From Bdellovibrionales bacterium (lineage in GTDB: Bacteria > Bdellovibrionota > Bdellovibrionia > Bdellovibrionales > JAUICD01): a stretch of DNA of 64,000 nt. The notes under the pieces are model-generated. The model searched no databases, was not told the origin of the DNA, and worked only from the letters and a program-made list of their open reading frames with translations. The stretch spans positions 864,001-928,000 of the forward strand of contig OZ241865.1 in assembly GCA_965203275.1 (NCBI GenBank), read 5' to 3'. Made by a program: the position numbers and the translations under genes. The first letter of the stretch is position 1, and each line of letters opens with the position of its first letter. Of the stretch, positions 60,344 through 64,000 are shown piece after piece.

Positions 60344-61276
60344 TTACTTAATATTTAAAAGATTTGATTTTTTAATCCTCTGATCAGCAATAAGAGCCAT
60401 AGATGGATCCATTTCATATCCTAAAAAACTACGACTTTCCATCAAGGCAGCTACTCCTGTTGATCCTGAACCTGCGAAAGGATCGATCACCAATGATCCT
60501 CTTGCTGTAAATATTCTTATGAGATGCCTTAGAAGATTCACTGGCTTGGCTGTGAGGTGTCCATAACGCTCTTTTGGTTTTTGAGCTTCTATGACAGTGC
60601 CTGGAGACCTGTCAGTATGTAGCAAGGGATTACTTAAGTCAACTAGGCCTACCTTATACTTTAACCAATTATTCACATAAGTACCATCTCTAGGAGCTTG
60701 AGCTAAAATGATATTTTCCATTTGAGGTTTCAGTTGTGGAGTTTTCCTCCCTTCAAGTGCCATGATTTGTTTTTGTTTTTCTGACTCTGGTAATTTTGAT
60801 TTACGAATAAAATGCTCTTGAGAAAAGGCTTTACCTTGCCCCTCGTAACGCCATGCTAATAAGTCTCTAATTTCAAAACCAGCATCTTCAATAGCAAGAG
60901 CTACATGATGTGCTAGTCGAGCTTGTGAAAAACATAAAACAAATCCACCTGGTTTTAAAATCCTCAACCATTCTTCAGAAATAGGCAATAAAAAAGCATA
61001 AAGTCTTTTGCCTTGTTGAGGATCAAAACGCATACCTACTGGCAAGCTTCCAATCACTCCATGCTTAATGCGAGAACGAAGTTTACGGTGGTCCCATCGA
61101 TCATCCATCCCATCAATAAAATAAGGCGGATCTGTTAATACCAAGGAAGCTATATTGCTAGAAAGTGTTTTAAGAGCTTGTCGACAATCGCAACATTCAA
61201 CATATTTTGTTGTTGTAGCATTTCCGATTGTGATCTTGTGAGAATGGTTTATCTCTTGTCTTGCTTTAAAGTTCAT
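60344..61276 (-). CDS. DNA N4/N6 methyltransferase, beta class, apparently solitary
   Basis: LTDPPY, HLTAKP, DPFAGSGSTG. Confidence 0.88.
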   Translation of the reverse strand: MNFKARQEINHSHKITIGNATTTKYVECCDCRQALKTLSSNIASLVLTDPPYFIDGMDDRWDHRKLRSRIKHGVIGSLPVGMRFDPQQGKRLYAFLLPISEEWLRILKPGGFVLCFSQARLAHHVALAIEDAGFEIRDLLAWRYEGQGKAFSQEHFIRKSKLPESEKQKQIMALEGRKTPQLKPQMENIILAQAPRDGTYVNNWLKYKVGLVDLSNPLLHTDRSPGTVIEAQKPKERYGHLTAKPVNLLRHLIRIFTARGSLVIDPFAGSGSTGVAALMESRSFLGYEMDPSMALIADQRIKKSNLLNIK

Positions 61277-61585
61277 CTTTTGCCTCTATATTTAACTGCT
61301 GAAATATTTACTCTTTTGTATTTTATTAAAATTTTCTATACCATGTATTTTTCACGATTTTCTTAACTCCTGGCATGAACAGCAATGCACACTCAAAATC
61401 CTCTTGCAAGTAGTCTTAAAAGATGTCAGTCTTCTAACCTCACTACACCTTACTTTTAATCTTGATTGTACACTATTTATGCCACAGCATATTATTAATG
61501 TGTCCGGCACATTGTCTTAAATTCAGATCTCTTATGTGTCTAATTTCCATATCAAGTGTGCATGATTCTTGCATAACCCTTTTAC

Positions 61586-62896
61586 ATGATAGAAACAACA
61601 TATTTATTGGCACGCTACATACAGAAAGCTTCTGCACGGAGTTTTTATTTTATACTCTGCTGTGCAGTCTATTTTACGCCTTCTCATGTTTTTGCAAACA
61701 CTTTCACTTATATCCTCCTCCCAACAGAATCTATAGAGCTACCTATTTCTACAAACTCACCTATTAGTATTCAAGGTCAAAGCAAAATCAAGATACTCAC
61801 TGACTCTGCAAATTATTGGATCAAAGCTGTGCGGTCAGGGCATGTGTTGCTATCCTCAGGTCATCAAACTTTTTTTATTTTCATCTATAAGCCTGAAATT
61901 TATAATTTTGTCAAAGAAGTCGAAGGTTTAGTTCAAAGTATGCGAGGTCTAAAAATAAAATTTTCCAAAGAAGGTCCTATCATTCAAGGAAAGCTTTTGC
62001 ATATTTTAGACCTAATACAATTATCAGAAGTAGCTTTAAAACACTCTCAAAAGTTTGTCTTTCAAGCAAGTATGAATAAAAGCATTTTTAATAACTTTAA
62101 ACTACATTTAAGACAATTTGAACATAAAAATAATATGCCTTCCATTCAACTAATGGAGGATAAAGGATTTTATTATTTCAATATTAATAGCACACCTCAA
62201 AAAATGAATGCTTATCACAAGCAATATTTAAACTCTTTTGGAATAAAGCTTGTTTACAACACCAACAAAGTAGAGATAGAACCCATGGTTGAAATTTCAA
62301 TGCATCTTACAGAATTAAGAAGATCAGGCTTTATGAGGTTTGGAGTACAATGGCCTTCTGTTTATCAAGCCACTATTTTACCAAGATTTGTGGGTTCTCA
62401 AGTAGAAAATGCATTGACTGCTTTAGAAGAGTCAGGGAATGGTCATACACTTGCCCGACCTAAACTAATATGTAGAAGTGGAGGGGAAGCCCGATTTTTA
62501 GCAGGTGGAGAGATTCCCATTAGAACTTTTACTTATAGATCGCAAGGGATTATTTGGAAAACATACGGCATTGGTTTAAATTTTAAACCAGTTGCCAATA
62601 AAACAGGTCAGCTTAAAGTTCAACTTGAGACAGAACTCTCTTCAATCGACTCAAGTCAAACAATTGATGGTATTCCTGCTTTTTTTACAAACAGAATGGC
62701 ATCTGAGTTTAATTTAGAATCCAGCAAGACCATTGCCCTTTCTGGTTTGACGACTTATTTTCAAGGGCAGTCTACAAAAGGTATTCCCTTACTAAAGCAT
62801 ATTCCTATTTTAGGAAAGCTCTTTTCTTCTAAAGATTATCAAGATAAAAAAACAGAACTTTTAATCCTTGTCACTCCTAGGGTGATCTATGAGTAG
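61586..62896 (+). CDS. cpaC: Tad pilus secretin (CpaC/RcpA-like)
   Basis: ARFLAGGEIP, GIPLLKHIPILGKLF, TELLILVTP. Confidence 0.85.
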   Translation: MIETTYLLARYIQKASARSFYFILCCAVYFTPSHVFANTFTYILLPTESIELPISTNSPISIQGQSKIKILTDSANYWIKAVRSGHVLLSSGHQTFFIFIYKPEIYNFVKEVEGLVQSMRGLKIKFSKEGPIIQGKLLHILDLIQLSEVALKHSQKFVFQASMNKSIFNNFKLHLRQFEHKNNMPSIQLMEDKGFYYFNINSTPQKMNAYHKQYLNSFGIKLVYNTNKVEIEPMVEISMHLTELRRSGFMRFGVQWPSVYQATILPRFVGSQVENALTALEESGNGHTLARPKLICRSGGEARFLAGGEIPIRTFTYRSQGIIWKTYGIGLNFKPVANKTGQLKVQLETELSSIDSSQTIDGIPAFFTNRMASEFNLESSKTIALSGLTTYFQGQSTKGIPLLKHIPILGKLFSSKDYQDKKTELLILVTPRVIYE

Positions 62897-64000
62897 TTTA
62901 CAAACAACCACTCATCAAATCATTGAAGAACTCAAAGCTCTTCCTACATCTAGTTTGGATTTAATCCATTCTGATAAAGACGAAGAATATTTAAACATCA
63001 TTGAGATTCATAGCAAAAAATTAGATGCAAAAAATCAAGAGCGTCTTAAGAATGAATTTTTTCAATATGGTCCTTTACATACATTGCTAAACAAAAAAGA
63101 AATCACAGAAATCATTATTAATGGAATGAACTCTATATGGTTTGAAATGGACGGAAAACTTCAAAAGCTAGACGATGCGTTCATGTCTACTGTGTCTTTT
63201 AATAATTTTATCAATCGGATATGTCAAGAATGTCAAATAGACCCCAGCATAGAAACCCCTTTTGCAACAGCTTTTTGGAAAGGTTTTCGCATGCATTTAG
63301 TAAGAGGGTCGGTTCATCAATCTTCCGGCATTTCAGAGCATACACAAATGACTTTCAGACGTATTGCCAATAAAGATCATTCTTTAAAAGAACTGAAACA
63401 AAACAGTTGGACCAACGATTGTAATATGAAAATTATAACAGATATTTTTCATCAAAAAAAGAATATCCTTGTCATTGGAGAAACAGGCTCTGGTAAAACC
63501 ACAGTATTATCCTGCTTGTTAAAACTCTGTCAGCCTAATGAAAGGATTTTATTATTAGAAGATGCCTCTGAAATATCACCACCTAACAGTGTAAGTAGTA
63601 AGCTATTAACCCGTAAAAATTCTTCTTTGCCTGTTATTTCATTAAACGATCTTTTATTTGAATCTTTAAGAATGAGACCTGATAGAATTGTCTTAGGAGA
63701 GTTAAGAGGTAGTGAAGCAAAAGATTATCTTTTAGCTTTATCTACAGGACATGTAGGCTCTCTTGCCACTCTGCATGCTCGCTCAGCCAGAGAAGCTCTG
63801 ATACGTCTTGAATTTCTAGTTCAGTTGGGGGCAGAGTCTTGGGGAGTAGCTAATATTAGAAGGCTTTTATCTTTAAGCCTTGATTATATTATTGCAGTTA
63901 AGCGTACAAATACTGGCAGAAGATTAGCTTCTATAGATCAAGTTTGTTCTTATGAAGGAGACCAAGTCCTTTTAGAAAGCGTTTTTCAAGATCCAGTAAT
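62889..64000 (+). CDS. cpaF: Tad pilus ATPase CpaF/TadA, runs off the window end
   Basis: Manual translation: YGPL, ITEIIING, GETGSGKT, LRMRPDRIVLGELRG, TGH. Confidence 0.9.
   Translation, partial: MSSLQTTTHQIIEELKALPTSSLDLIHSDKDEEYLNIIEIHSKKLDAKNQERLKNEFFQYGPLHTLLNKKEITEIIINGMNSIWFEMDGKLQKLDDAFMSTVSFNNFINRICQECQIDPSIETPFATAFWKGFRMHLVRGSVHQSSGISEHTQMTFRRIANKDHSLKELKQNSWTNDCNMKIITDIFHQKKNILVIGETGSGKTTVLSCLLKLCQPNERILLLEDASEISPPNSVSSKLLTRKNSSLPVISLNDLLFESLRMRPDRIVLGELRGSEAKDYLLALSTGHVGSLATLHARSAREALIRLEFLVQLGAESWGVANIRRLLSLSLDYIIAVKRTNTGRRLASIDQVCSYEGDQVLLESVFQDPV

Overview
AT-rich bacterial chromosome segment. Gene content (Flp/Tad and type IVa pili, HExxH lipoproteins, RpoD form, conserved hypotheticals) suggests Bdellovibrionota/Oligoflexia; this is an inference. 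Housekeeping genes (rpiB, slt, tRNA-Leu, radA, pgsA, lgt, lysC, lysA, cmk, dnaG, rpoD, macB, cpaC/cpaF) alternate with accessory modules (type III R-M, ATPase-PIN pair, ankyrin proteins, pilins, Rpn/PD-(D/E)XK nucleases). The main signal is non-coding. Roughly a tenth of the window is a ~145-nt repeat family, with about 20 full copies plus many fragments in about 10 clusters. Copies diverge in sequence but keep one fold through compensatory changes in four helices: a 5' hairpin plus a three-way junction, a bulged A, a C-GNNA-G loop and an AGA loop. The wobble pairs checked fall on one strand. The element has one sharp end, nests into its own hairpin loops, forms inverted doublets and tandem arrays (periods 215, 260, 270 bp), brackets accessory genes, and splits all three near-full-length Rpn genes upstream of the internal ribosome-binding site of their small C-terminal (Rpn_S-like) product. 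No mobilising enzyme for it is identifiable in the window. All of this was read by eye; nothing was computed or searched.
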